From Trichoplax sp. H2 (lineage: Eukaryota), in NCBI GenBank assembly GCA_003344405.1, contig NOWV01000100.1, positions 248,001-272,749 on the forward strand: a DNA stretch of 24,749 bases, read 5' to 3'. Positions within the stretch are counted from its first letter, which is position 1, and each line of letters opens with the position of its first letter. Under the pieces are notes generated by a model. The model was not told the DNA's origin and did not search any database. It was given only the letters and a program-made list of their open reading frames with translations. The position numbers were made by a program, and so were the translations under genes. Positions 12,737-24,348 of the stretch are shown piece after piece.

Positions 12737-13046
12737 TATTGCAACGGACGGACCGCGTCGTCGTTGTCGTCGTTCGGACTGACTGAATAATAGCGCCTCC
12801 AAGGGTTTGAGGGTTGACTTGACGTGTACCACGTCGTTGTTGAGCTGACCACCGACGATACTGTGACGCTAGCTGTCAACAGTACTGGTGCTAGTCCACG
12901 CTGTGCAAGTCTATACTGAACAGCTTTTAATTTTCTCTCAGGTGCTTCAATACCCAAGAGTGTCGAATACAGCATACAGTACGTACTGTACATATACAGT
13001 ACATTGTACAGTACTTCTGCTGGACGAGAGTGGACAGCAGCAGGCA

Positions 13047-13737
13047 TAGAAATCCAATCAAATTTAGCGGGTACAAGTACTGTTTCAGGAGTCAAAAAGA
13101 TACGCACATAGAGGTACCTCTATGTTCAAGAGGATTTATCTAGAATTCCAATCAAGTTTAGCGGGTTTAAGTACTGTTTCAGGGGTCAAAAAGATGGATC
13201 CTTTCAAGCATAGATGTACCTCTATGTTCCAGAGGATTTATCTAGAAATCCAATCAAATTTAGCGGGTACAAGTACTGTTTCAGGAATCAAAAAGATACG
13301 CACATAGAGGTACCTCTATGTTCAAGAGGATTTATCTAGAAATCCAATCAAGTTTAGCGGGTTTAAGTACTGTTTCAGGGGTCAAAAAGATGGATCCTTT
13401 CAAGCATAGATGTACCTCTATGTTCCAGAGGATTTATCTAGAAATCCAATCAAATTTAGCGGGTACAAGTACTGTTTCAGGAATCAAAAAGATACGCACA
13501 TAGAGGTACCTCTATGTTCAAGAGGATTTATCTAGAAATCCAATCAAATTTAGCGGGTACAAGTACTGTTTCAGGAGTCAAAAAGATGGATCCTTTCAAG
13601 CATAGATTTACCTCTATGTTTTCAGAGGATTTATCTAGAAATCCAATCAAATTTAGCGGGTACAAGTACTGTTTCAGGAGTCAAAAAGATGGATCCTTTC
13701 AAGCATAGAGGTACCTCCATGCCCAAGAGGATTTATC
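13047..13737. repeat. Tandem array of 7 units (94, 102, 94, 102, 94, 103, 102 bp) with a 196-bp A-B higher-order period
   Basis: Units start TAGAAATCCAATCAA (one TAGAATTCC variant) at 13047, 13141, 13243, 13337, 13439, 13533, 13636. A units carry GATACGCACATAGAGGTACCTCTATGT; B units carry GATGGATCCTTTCAAGCATAGA(T/G)(G/T)TACCTC. Confidence 0.95.
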
Positions 13738-14192
13738 TTGGAATTTTCCTTCTCGTTTTCGATTGTTGCCATGAAACTAGGAGAACATGGTATACAACTC
13801 ATAGACCGATACCTCATTGCACCTTTGAACCGCTAATTGATCAAACTAGCCGAATTTTAATCCAGCTTACGATACTTGTGCTCAACTTTCCCTTTCAAAC
13901 GCTAAAATTGGTAAAACAAGACAGAGTCGAAATCTATCCACTGGGTCATGATCTGTCGATCGACAGTAGTACTGTAGTAGTCTATGACCAGGGACAATTT
14001 GTTGTCCTTGCTATGGCTGAGTACATCCTCAGATGCAAGGTTTTTCTAGAACTGAGTAGACAAGTACTCTAATCATCCCATGCGGTTACCGGATTTTGCT
14101 AGTGCTTACAGATGAATTAGAAGCGTATTAAATTAAATTAATGCATATGTCCACTCAGGTCACGCGAATCATCCTAGTACATACAGTAAGAC

Positions 14193-14717
14193 AAGACCTT
14201 TGTTCTCTTACCACGATGGTCCTTGCTTAATTGTATTAGTATACAGTCTTACTGTATATAAAGCTGTGCAAAAGTGGTGACGATGATGTGCTACTATAAA
14301 ATAAGAATGCAGTGACATTATTTTGCTAGCGATGGGATACTGCAGCCTGCTAAACCAGAACAATATTCAAATCATCCTAGACTAGAAACGTTGTTCTTTA
14401 ACCAAGTTGGTCAATGCACTATATTACTAGACAGTATTAAATGAAATGAAGCTGTGCAAAATTTGTGGCGATGACCTACTACTGTAAAGCAATAATGCAG
14501 TGACATTATTTTGCTAGCAATTGCATACTGTAGCCTGCTGATTTAAGACCTTTGTTTTCTTACCACGATGGTCAATGCATCATGTTACTATACTGTACAG
14601 TGTTCGAGAAAGCGGTGCAAAACTTGTGACCATAACTTGATACTATAGAGCAAGAATATGATGACATTACTTTTGCTACCGATTGGATATTGCAGCCTGC
14701 TGATGATATTCAAATCG
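14193..14717. repeat. Degenerate 3-copy tandem repeat (about 155-195-bp units)
   Basis: Shared blocks AAGACCTTTGTT.TCTTACCACGATGGTC, AAGCTGTGCAAAA, ATGCAGTGACATTATTTTGCTAGC and TACTG(C/T)AGCCTGCT recur in copies starting near 14193, 14389 and 14545. Confidence 0.85.
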
Positions 14718-15278
14718 TGAGCAAAATGAATGTCTGCACATCGTAGGGATCTTCATCAACTGATCGAATATAGCTATACGTCAATCATTCATTTTCTTGG
14801 CTATGGAATCTGCTATCATTCTAGTTATAGTGATGACCACAGATAAAAGGGACCACCAAATTAGACATTTTTGATGCCTATTTTACACTGCAGTTACTCG
14901 TATATAATCAATTTATTTTACGGTTTGGCCTCTTGGAGTTGATTGGGTGATTTGACTAGAACCGTGGCGGGCGACCGTCTGTACATCTGTACGTCTGTAG
15001 CGCTTACCCATTTCCGACGGGTCGGCGTCCTGTCTATCCATGACAGTACTGTACTTTCGTACTTCTGTCCGTACTGTACAGTGATCGATAGTAAAATGCT
15101 GTATACTTTATAGCTGTATGGCAAGGTACCCTACCATGCACTTGTTACTGTAGTGTCTACAGTATGACTGAAAGTACTTGTAGAGAAACTTTCATAATTT
15201 GGAAGTCTCCTTCTTGGCAAAGCAGCTTGTGAACTGGCGTTTAACTTCCACTTTTGACACTTTAACTAGACTTTCCAC

Positions 15279-15325
15279 GGCCATCTTTAGTCCAATTCGT
15301 TCCTTAACAAACCAATTGGTCCAAT
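15279..15325 (+). promoter_or_regulatory. Candidate CWC15 proximal promoter: CCAAT cluster and YY1-like site
   Basis: GGCCATCTT at 15279; CCAAT at 15292, 15312 and 15321; all 85-130 nt upstream of the ATG. Short motif matches only. Confidence 0.35.
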
Positions 15326-15408
15326 AGTTAGCAACAATTTGCAGAAATTATTCATTTTCAACCGTAATTAAGGTCAAATTATTCGAGAAATAGAGTCATT
15401 CAATCGCC

Positions 15409-17671
15409 ATGACTACAGCAGCACGTCCAACATTTGAGCCAGCTCGAGGAGGCACTGGTAAAGGTGAAAACGATTTAACTGTTTTAAGCAAGCAATACTC
15501 AAGCCGTGATTTACCTTCTCATACCAAGTTAAAAGTTCGGTATGTTTAGCTAGATTGCTTTGTAATTTGAACTAGTTTGTGATGACTAGGTAACACTAGT
15601 CTATGACTATTCTACAGCAATTTTTCAACGCTTCATCTTGGAGTTGAAAGTTTGCTTGTTGAAGCTGCAACGTCTTACGAGGGCAGAAAGCATTTAGGAT
15701 ACTGCAATGCTGCAATGCTTATAAATATCACCTTGAAATAGTCATCATCATCATCATTGAACTACAAATCTTGTAAATAAAAAGATCAATCGTAATGTCT
15801 TAGTCTTATGCCTTTCTGTCTTATCAAGAGTGATGATACTCGTACTTGTCCATGTGTTGAAATTGGACATTGGAAGCTGAAATGTCTTGAGCAAAGTGTT
15901 TACTATACTGATTGCTGCAATAACGCATATGTATATCGTGTTAAAGGATAATCATTATCTATAAATTGAAAATTTTGATATCGTCCTGCTTGTCTCTTAT
16001 GCAAATACAATGATACTCATACTAGATGAGTTGAAAGTAGTCATTGAAGCTCCCATGTCGTTAGGCAAGAAGTTACAGCTGTATACAACTGCGATAATTA
16101 TAATGCTTATACGTACAGTACATCGTACTGAACAATAATAATCATCTGCTGACCACAAATCTTTATAAGGATATAATCAACCTTAGGATCGTAGCTTATT
16201 ATCTTTGTCTCTTGCTAAAATGCTATGATATTGACGCTATTAATTAGACAACCTGGCCAAGGAAAGGTCGATGAAATCAAAGGACGCGACTTTCGTCGGG
16301 AATTGGAAGAAAAAGAACGAACTGCAACGCGAGATAAACAATCGACGAACAATCGTGATCGTATTTCCGCTCGATCTATCGGTTGGTCAATCATAAAAAG
16401 CTCTTCAGTATCATTCATTTAGACGTTAGGATAGCCGTAACGTTTTACCAAGATAGATGCATTAATAAACATATTAGGAGTGTTAAAGATTGAATAAGAT
16501 TCCTGTTTGTTCCATTCATATACGCATACATAGATATGCCACCGTCAACCAAGAAACCGCGATCAGAAGAGCATCAACCTACTATAGGTAAGACGTTAAG
16601 ACAGTGTTAACATAAACTATCAATACTAGTATACTATAAATGCGGGTATTGTTACTCTTTCTTGTTAGAGGTATAATGCTTTGCTATAGACAGTAGTATC
16701 AAGCCATGTATTTATACATTGTATCATCTTTTCGAATAACCACGCAACTAACTTTGTTTTTCTATTTCAAAATTCTTTATCAACAGCCGAATTAGATGCT
16801 GATGATGTATTTGATGATGATGATGATGATGATGTTGATGTAAGTATACCAACGTAAAGTATGTATTGTAATAGTACTTGTGAAGTAATAAAATGCCTCA
16901 TTAAAAATACTAATCTTCACTTTCAACATTGTTTTAATACTTCAATTATCGGTAATCTTCTTATTATTGCTATACTCCAACTGATGCTCTAATTATAAAG
17001 GATGAAGATAGGTATGATACAAGAAAAAGCAAGAGTATATCTTATCCAATATTTTCTCTAGCTATAGAAATTGAAACCTACAATAGTCTGCTACTTTGTC
17101 GGCCTAAAATTGATGCTTGCTATTGTAACTAATTAACTGTTATATACTACAGTGAAGATGATACTGCGGAATTAATGGCCGAATTGAATAGAATAAAGCG
17201 GGAAAGAGCAGTAGAACAAAAAAAAGTAGAAGAAGAAAAGAAAGCCGATGAAGAGAGAGTGCGTATGGAGAATGTTATGTCCGCAAACCCGTTATTGAAT
17301 GAAAACAGTAATTTTTCGGTCAAACGAAGGTAATAAGATACTATCAATAATCACGATATATGCTGTATCATATTGGTATACCATCTCTATTGTTGACACC
17401 TTGACCTAAAATTTGTCGTCTTTATGTAATATCATCTGTAGATGGGATGACGAAGTAGTATTTAAAAATTGTGCTCGTGGGGAGGAAGATGCCAGAAATA
17501 AGGTTTACTAACTGATATAACGATCTTAAAGTTTCATTATAATACGCTGATATGAATTACTTCTGAATTATTTTTTATTGATAATGATTGTTGAAACAGG
17601 AAAAAAGTTTTATAAATGACACCCTAAGATCCGGTTTTCACAGAAGATTTATGGGCAAATATATCCGTTAA
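15409..17671 (+). CDS. CWC15: Spliceosome-associated protein CWC15 (Cwf15/AD-002; PRP19/CDC5L-associated), about 223 aa
   Basis: Exons 15409..15539, 16248..16360 (alternative same-phase donor after 16354), 16534..16587, 16787..16839, 17001..17011, 17153..17329, 17442..17502, 17600..17671 total 672 nt. Signature sequences [91 protein letters not shown]. Confidence 0.95.
15640..16235. repeat. Highly decayed tandem repeat (about 175-215-bp spacing) in CWC15 intron 1
   Basis: G(A/T)GTTGAAA..TT(G)GAAGCT...(C/T)GTC recurs near 15640, 15854 and 16028. TCTT..ATGATA(C/T)T blocks recur near 15816, 15991 and 16206. Confidence 0.55.
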
Positions 17672-17706
17672 AAATTACCTCTAAATCAAGCTTAGGCGAT
17701 CGCACA

Positions 17707-17712
17707 AATAAA
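17707..17712 (+). promoter_or_regulatory. Candidate polyadenylation signal of CWC15
   Basis: AATAAA about 35 nt after the stop codon. Confidence 0.45.
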
Positions 17713-18990
17713 CAACCTTACCTTTTTACGTTATTATCATCGCTAAGTCAGCTAATATCGATTATATTCAACAAAGTGCATAATGATTAATTCAAATTCG
17801 TAGTTTGATTATGCAAGTTCGTAGTATATCGTCAGTACTTAGATTACTGATTTCGTTATTATATATTAAGATAATTTACCTAGATAGTGTGTTTGTACGC
17901 GTACTCAGCTAATACCTACTGAAAACACTATCCTATAACTGGAAGAACGATATGAACCTTTAGCAATAATGATTTCAGTTTGTTTCTAGAAATTTTGGTA
18001 AAATAAGCTATAATTTTTCTTGTATGTATTTTCTTAATGTATGATTTTATGTACTCGTATACTGTACAGTATGAAATGTGTGACCAGCACTACGTGTTGT
18101 ACTTCCACTGTCAGCTTGTTTAACTAATTACCGAGAAAGTTATCTTGTGTAATGTTTTCAGCAACTCACTTTAAGGTTGCTATTTAAAACGAACAATAAA
18201 ATTATTGTAGTACAATCTCATTGAATGAATAAGTCGAAGAAATGATTCTGCTAGGATCGTTGACTGCTAATGTGCAAAGTTAATGGGAGAATATGTAACA
18301 TTGATGTCTTAAATCAACTTTGTTGTAACCTTCTCTTAGCAACAATGCTGCTAATGTAAGTACTATAAGGTGCACTTTGATGTTAGGTAATGGTGTTACT
18401 ATAACACTGTATTCTAGTATCTTATTTCCTCTTGGTCGAAATTCTAGCACGTAGAATTACGTACGATGAATATATATTATTCGTGCATCACCACACTTCG
18501 AAATAGTCGATAAGTGTTGAATGTTCTCAACGCTGCATCATACTTGAGGTATAAAGTGCGGATCGATTTTCTAATGTGAAAGTTATATCCCGACAAAATT
18601 TTTTGTCTGCTAGGACAATGCCAGAGTACGGACATTTATTATACCAAATATCTTTGAGCGACACTATTTGTAGTAGCTTAGTAAAAAATTCGCAATAATA
18701 AACAAGATTGTATATTAAGGCAAATTATTCAGGAAAAACGATATCCACTATTAACTTCACTTGTGATATACGTACAAAACAAATTTATAGATACATAACT
18801 ATATTGTCCATCTATTGAACCAAATTTTGGTAATATATTGATTTAAAATGAGGTTTTCTAAACGTACATAAAATCTTAAGGTTCCATTGGATTAGCAAGT
18901 GATTAAATTCTCGAATTAACATTTGATAGAGCATCTTTTCTAGTATAAGATGAAAAGTTGAATCAGCTGGAGACATTCCTAGCAAAAGAA

Positions 18991-21900
18991 TTACAAGTAG
19001 ATACCACCACCGTCTTCATTTATTATATCTTCCTTCATACTAGGACTGCAGCAATCATCGTATGCTTTCGTGACATTAACGGGTAGCTTGTAAATATTAT
19101 AGAATTTAGCTTATTTAGCAAGTTTACCAACAGAGTCATCTCTATTCAAACAGTTTACAGTAAAATCCATTATCAAAACAATGCTTACTTGATACGACTT
19201 TTGATATGCGTTTGTAAAAATTTCGGCTCCATTGATACAGCTCGATAATGATCCCAAACTATCCTGCTTTCCATTTGAAAGGTTACAGAGAGATGCATCA
19301 TTTAGTTCCTGTGTTAAAGACGATAAGCAGCTTTCTGTGAGTTTAATGATAGGTATATGCTTTTGATGGAGAAGCTAGTACATCCTTTACAATAAGATAA
19401 AGCGAAGCTGAGGAGAGATAGTTAACATGAGACTATTTTTATCCATTAAAATCTGATTTATAATTGCTTTGGATTTAAGTAAATAAATATACACAATTAT
19501 AAATTTTAAGCCATAAGCTGGCATGGAATTTCCAAGCCAATTCATACACTAGTATAAGCGTATTATAAAGATTCCTAGTTGACATATTACCATATCCGAA
19601 TCTTGGCCCTCTGAATTACTCTGCTGCGAACATTGAAAACTTTGAGCTATTATCGATCCTATGTAACCGTATTTTTCTTGCATCGTATAAAGAGACTCAT
19701 CCAACATGCGGATTACAGGGGCGATAGTTTGCTATTACGTTAATATAATCAATTACCGCAGATAATGATTTTATAAAGAATCTACTGTACCCTAGCAAAG
19801 AACATTCCGTAATTAAAATATAAAGACAACTAACCAATATCAACTCTTTTAATTTTTTCGCAATTACGCCATTACTACCAGTTGCGTCCCTCAAAGAATT
19901 TTCAACTGCATTACTCCATTCCTTCAATACCGGTAAAATGGCTTGCTCCAATCCCTATCGATTTCATTAACAGTGTATAAGGTACGTATGGTAACATCAT
20001 TTCTGTGAAATAAAAATTTTATGTACATTATCGTTGCACAGTCTTGCGATAAGATTAAAAGCTCCATAATGCGATTGAAGTGGCATTGGTTGATTTTGTA
20101 AGGCCTATCAAATAAAATAAAGTACAAGAAATACAACAAACAATCGATAAAATCGGATAACGAAACAAAATGAGACATTCATACGTCAACTATGATCTTG
20201 GTAATTCTCGATTGGACATTATTCACGCTCGAGTTATAAACTTTATTCCTTTTTCAAATACAAAATACGTCAATAACATAACGCCAAACACAAATTATTC
20301 TTCTATTATCGCATACTAGATTCCTAAATCAAGTTTTACATTACCTACAAATCTTAACTATTATTGATGAAGCTAACTGTTGAACAACAAATCTAGCGTC
20401 CACGTCTCTGACAGGCACTTGTTTATTGATTATACAACTCAATACAACTGGTATTAATTCGTGCAACTGCAAAGAGTGTTAATATGATCAATTAAAATTT
20501 TCAAATACGCTAAATATAAATCGAAATTTACTGTAAGTGCAATGGTGTATAGTATACGCACATATTTTTCCAAACGAAGTGTTTCATTTCGAAGAAGTGA
20601 ATCCATTAGACGCAAAAGATATATGATAACAGTGCTTTCCATTCGGTGAATATTGGTCCGTATCTATCAAATCGCATATATCATTTAATTCCCTCTTCAA
20701 TGCTGAAACTTTAAATTACAGCTTATAAGTAAATGGTTCCGTTACCCCTTCTGTGATGAACTTGCTAAAGTACGGCAACATCTGATCGAGACCAGGATCA
20801 TGCCGCAAGCATTCTAAGGCTCTCTACGACATTGAATTTAAATAGAAGTAAGCATTAAGGTCAAGCATCTTAGATCAGATTGAAATGCCTGCATTTTTGG
20901 CAAAACTAGAAGTGGTTTATTACCTTTCTCAACTGTTCACAATCGCTGACGCAGGCCTCCGTGATTTCTCTAAAAAAGATTTGCTGTTCCTGTTATGGAA
21001 AGATTGTCTCAGAGGTTAATAATTTGTAGGTATACTGAATATATTGCAATGGCAACATTGTACAAAAGCAAACACATTCATCACAAAATGATACATTCAA
21101 TCGGATTCTTCCATTAGCTCACCAATGACAATTCGTGGCTGCTTAGTGGCTTTATAAATGCTACATTGGCGTGTTGTTTTACTTTATCTTTAGGGATTTT
21201 TTTGTTGTTGTTCAATTTGTCATTACATTGAACTAAAGGGATGCAAGGAGGGATCACTTTGGGAATGAAATCATCTACGAAAGCATCTTGAGACATTCTC
21301 TTAAATTTGCGTAATATTTCTGTAAAACAAATATGTACACTTATTGATTTCGTCAATTTTTACGTTCCTATTTTCATGCAGGTAAAGAATAGTATATTCA
21401 ACCGGCTCATCAATATTAAGATACCTAAAGTTTAAAATATTTATCATTACCAGGATCAGGGTTTTCTTGAATTAGCGGCTGAGTACCTTCAACGCTTAAC
21501 CAATGCGCTATCAAGCATCAACAGTAATTACTGTTAGTAAAATATCTCCTATACTGCTAATATTATTATACGTTAATTTCGGCGTAGTCGATCGCGAAAT
21601 CGATGCTGTATTATACTGTACATGTGATATGAACTATCTCGTATATGCGATAATCCCATCAAAACTAGCGATTTTTCTGGCTGACGAATTGCTAGAAATC
21701 AGGTAATCGTAGCGAAATATTAAGTAAGTATAAACGAACCTATCTAGAGTTACAATTCTGCGGCTAAACAATCATGATACCTAGTAACAACATGCACATG
21801 GGATTTACTTCCGACCATATTAGCAACTGGTCTTCCAGATTCACGATTTCTAATCAAATGTAACTTCGCGTTGATCTCAAAATTTGCGTGGAAGCACAGA

Positions 21901-23402
21901 CTAATAATATTTTTTGCATTAATCAAACTATTCAGGATACATAATTACAATTTTTGAAGCATTGGCCTTGATGCCATCCTATCACTCTAGTCTTAAGATG
22001 AGGCCTTAGTCAAGGCCCTACTAGACGAAGTTGATCTTCTTCTAGCAGTTTACATCTAAGTCTATCATTACTAATTAGGACACAATTCTAACTTCATCAT
22101 TTAACTTGATAATGATCAACTTACTTGATCCATTCACGCTCACATACTTGTATATTGCAAGGCAATCATTAATTAATTCTATTTAACCATGATTATTATA
22201 CTATTATTACGCAATGTTAAATGATCATGAGCTTACATCGTACGTAAGAGTCTATTGGTACTTGAGGAACTTGTAGTGATTCTAAGAATTCGGTTAAATT
22301 TAATTCTTCATCAGGCTGGAAATGTAATCTTCTGCCTTGACCACTTGCATAACGAAAAGGTACGAAATCGCGAGAGGTAAAGCCGTACAGAGGCTGAAAG
22401 ATACAATTTTATCAAGCAAAAAATGAGTCAACAAACAAATATCAATAATTCCATTTCCCTTTAAAGCCGTTTAGCTGGCTATCAACAACTGGTAGATGGT
22501 GAAATTTCATGTCCAATTTTACGGCTGTAGTATCATCACTCATACCTCTCTATTTCTTAGCTTTAAAGCCAAATCAATGTCATCAGGAGTTAGTTTACTG
22601 CGTCTGCTGTGGCGCATGAATTTCATGCTATCCTATAATTAATTGCAATTGCCAGTTGAAATTAGCGCAACAAAAGATTGAGAAAGTTCTATTCTGCATT
22701 GCAACATGTGATTTCCACTCCAGGAAAAGAGTGCCCACTAGTTAAGCTGTAATCAGGAGCGAATATACAGCAAGACCTGATTACTGTACATATTGTCTCA
22801 GTAGATTATGTAAGGCTATCGAAAGGACAAGAGATAGGTAGTCTATAGCGCTAAGAATCCTCTTTCTTGTAGAACGAGAAATCTCGATTTCCTAACGTTC
22901 TCACTAAAAGGCAGAAAAATTCATCCATGAGCTCGTATCTATGATGCAGTGAATCGTAGTCTCTCTTCTAAATTGTAGCCTTAGTACAGTAGATGCAACT
23001 ACTAAAGTATAATTTTTACTTCTAGATACTTCACTCTACTTGACAAGAAAAGATAATTAATTTGAGAAAAAAATAGGAGAATTATAACGACAGAGATTGG
23101 AACTCGAATAAAATGCAACGTTTCTTGCGCGTATGCTGTTTGCACTAAGGACTGCCATGCTCAGGTAAATCAAGCTATTGCATATAATCCTCGAGCTCTC
23201 CATTGCATGACAGACAAGTCCAAAATAGGCGTTGAAAAGAGTTCATTTTACAGACATGGACAACCTGGATAATTGCCTTTAAATTGGCGCTAACTTCGTC
23301 AGCTATAACTTGATAACAATCATCCTCTATTGGCATTACTCCACAACTCTCAGCGATGGCTTGTACGGATTGTTTGGAAAAGCTGCTGTTGATTTCGGAC
23401 AT
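18991..23402 (-). CDS. TAF6: Transcription initiation factor TFIID subunit 6, copy B (paralog with short C-terminal tail), about 562 aa
   Basis: Minus-strand GT-AG exons 23402..23265, 22632..22546, 22393..22237, 21507..21451, 21319..21123, 20989..20924, 20823..20746, 20663..20562, 20466..20345, 20248..20185, 20104..20027, 19954..19835, 19731..19591, then less certain 19374..19189 and 19086..18991. Total 1689 nt with no internal stops. Motifs AIAESCG, KFMRHSRR.KLT.DDIDLAL, PLYGF..PFRYASG, HWLSVEGTQPLIQENP, HELSLEQQIFFREITEAC, DPGLDQMLPYFSKFITEG, LEKYLHELIP. Confidence 0.9.
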
Positions 23403-23413
23403 ATTGGCTGACT

Positions 23414-23547
23414 AAAATGGACGTTAAACACCTTTTAAATTCACAACGCGGATTGGTTAACTTGGATTGATTGTAGCGTAGTGATTTCAACTAATTCTTT
23501 ATCACGATAGAGTTGCTAAGAAGGATTTCTAGCCGACAGTAGGGCGG
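23414..23547 (-). promoter_or_regulatory. Candidate TAF6-B proximal promoter elements
   Basis: YY1-like CCATTTT (plus-strand AAAATGG, 23414-23420), CCAAT (plus-strand ATTGG, 23452-23456) and a GC box GGGCGG (23542-23547). Short motif matches only. Confidence 0.3.
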
Positions 23548-24348
23548 ATTCATTGAGATACATTGCACCATGGAAAAAGTAGCGAGAAACTAAAATATCT
23601 CCATGTGCTGATGATGCGATCGTACTATACTCGCTACTGTACTGTTAACTCTTGACTAGTACAGTATACCGTTATATGGATAGTTTACAGTATATCGCAT
23701 GGCGAGAATAAATAGTTTAGTAAGCTGGACTAGCTCGATATAAACAACTTGCACCTGCTTCGGAATATTTAACTGTCAAATATTGGAGAAAAATTCAAAT
23801 TGTCTGAAGTCTTTGCACTTATTTAGTGATGCTTCAAAATAATCGTTAGGGCTAGTGATAATATTTCACTATTTTATCTTAGTTTTATAATGGTAGAGGT
23901 TGTTCTAGGGAACATTGCCTTCATAAACATGTCCATCTTCCCCTTCGTTAAAATCTTGGAGAAGCTTAAAATTACCAAAATTGGCCAACTATTCTGGAGA
24001 AGAAAGTCTCTATTAACTACGAGTAGAATAATTTAGAATACGCATTAATTACAATTATTATAGCCGTACATGAAATTTCCGAATTACCATGCACAAACCT
24101 ACATTCAATTATTTTCAATAAAATACCTTTCCTATCTATCTAGATCTAGTATAACCTTTTCAGGGTACTTCAAACAGGAAACTATCGCACTGTGGCGAGT
24201 AAATTCAAATTATTTCATTTAAGTATTGACATGGTAATGAATCTGACCTGACAGTTTTGATGCCAACAGATTTCATTAGTTTACATCTTGCAAGTCTTAA
24301 CGTGATCAAGTAACGTGTAGGTTTTCAATCTGCTTGATTGCTTGCGAA

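Noticed and set aside
13047..13737. CRISPR-like appearance (regular palindromic repeats)
   Set aside because: The sequence between palindromes is itself repeated, so there are no unique spacers; no cas genes; the context is eukaryotic and intron-rich.
13122..14072. Repeated short ORFs (MFKRIYLE...) and the 127-aa ORF 13689..14072
   Set aside because: They arise from the tandem array, whose 94- and 103-bp units break frame; no recognisable domain or splice context.
15830..15911. Possible intronic C/D-box snoRNA in CWC15 intron 1 (GTGATGA...CTGA)
   Set aside because: Only a 3-bp terminal stem, no rRNA-complementary guide that I recognise, and it lies within a decayed repeat whose other copies lack the boxes. 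A snoscan or Infernal run would settle it.
16813..16833. (GAT)n microsatellite
   Set aside because: It simply encodes the acidic poly-Asp linker typical of CWC15.
18991..23402. TAF6 copy B as pseudogene or assembly duplicate
   Set aside because: All 13 core exons are open with intact GT-AG sites, and the sequence is far too diverged from copy A to be an allelic or assembly duplicate.
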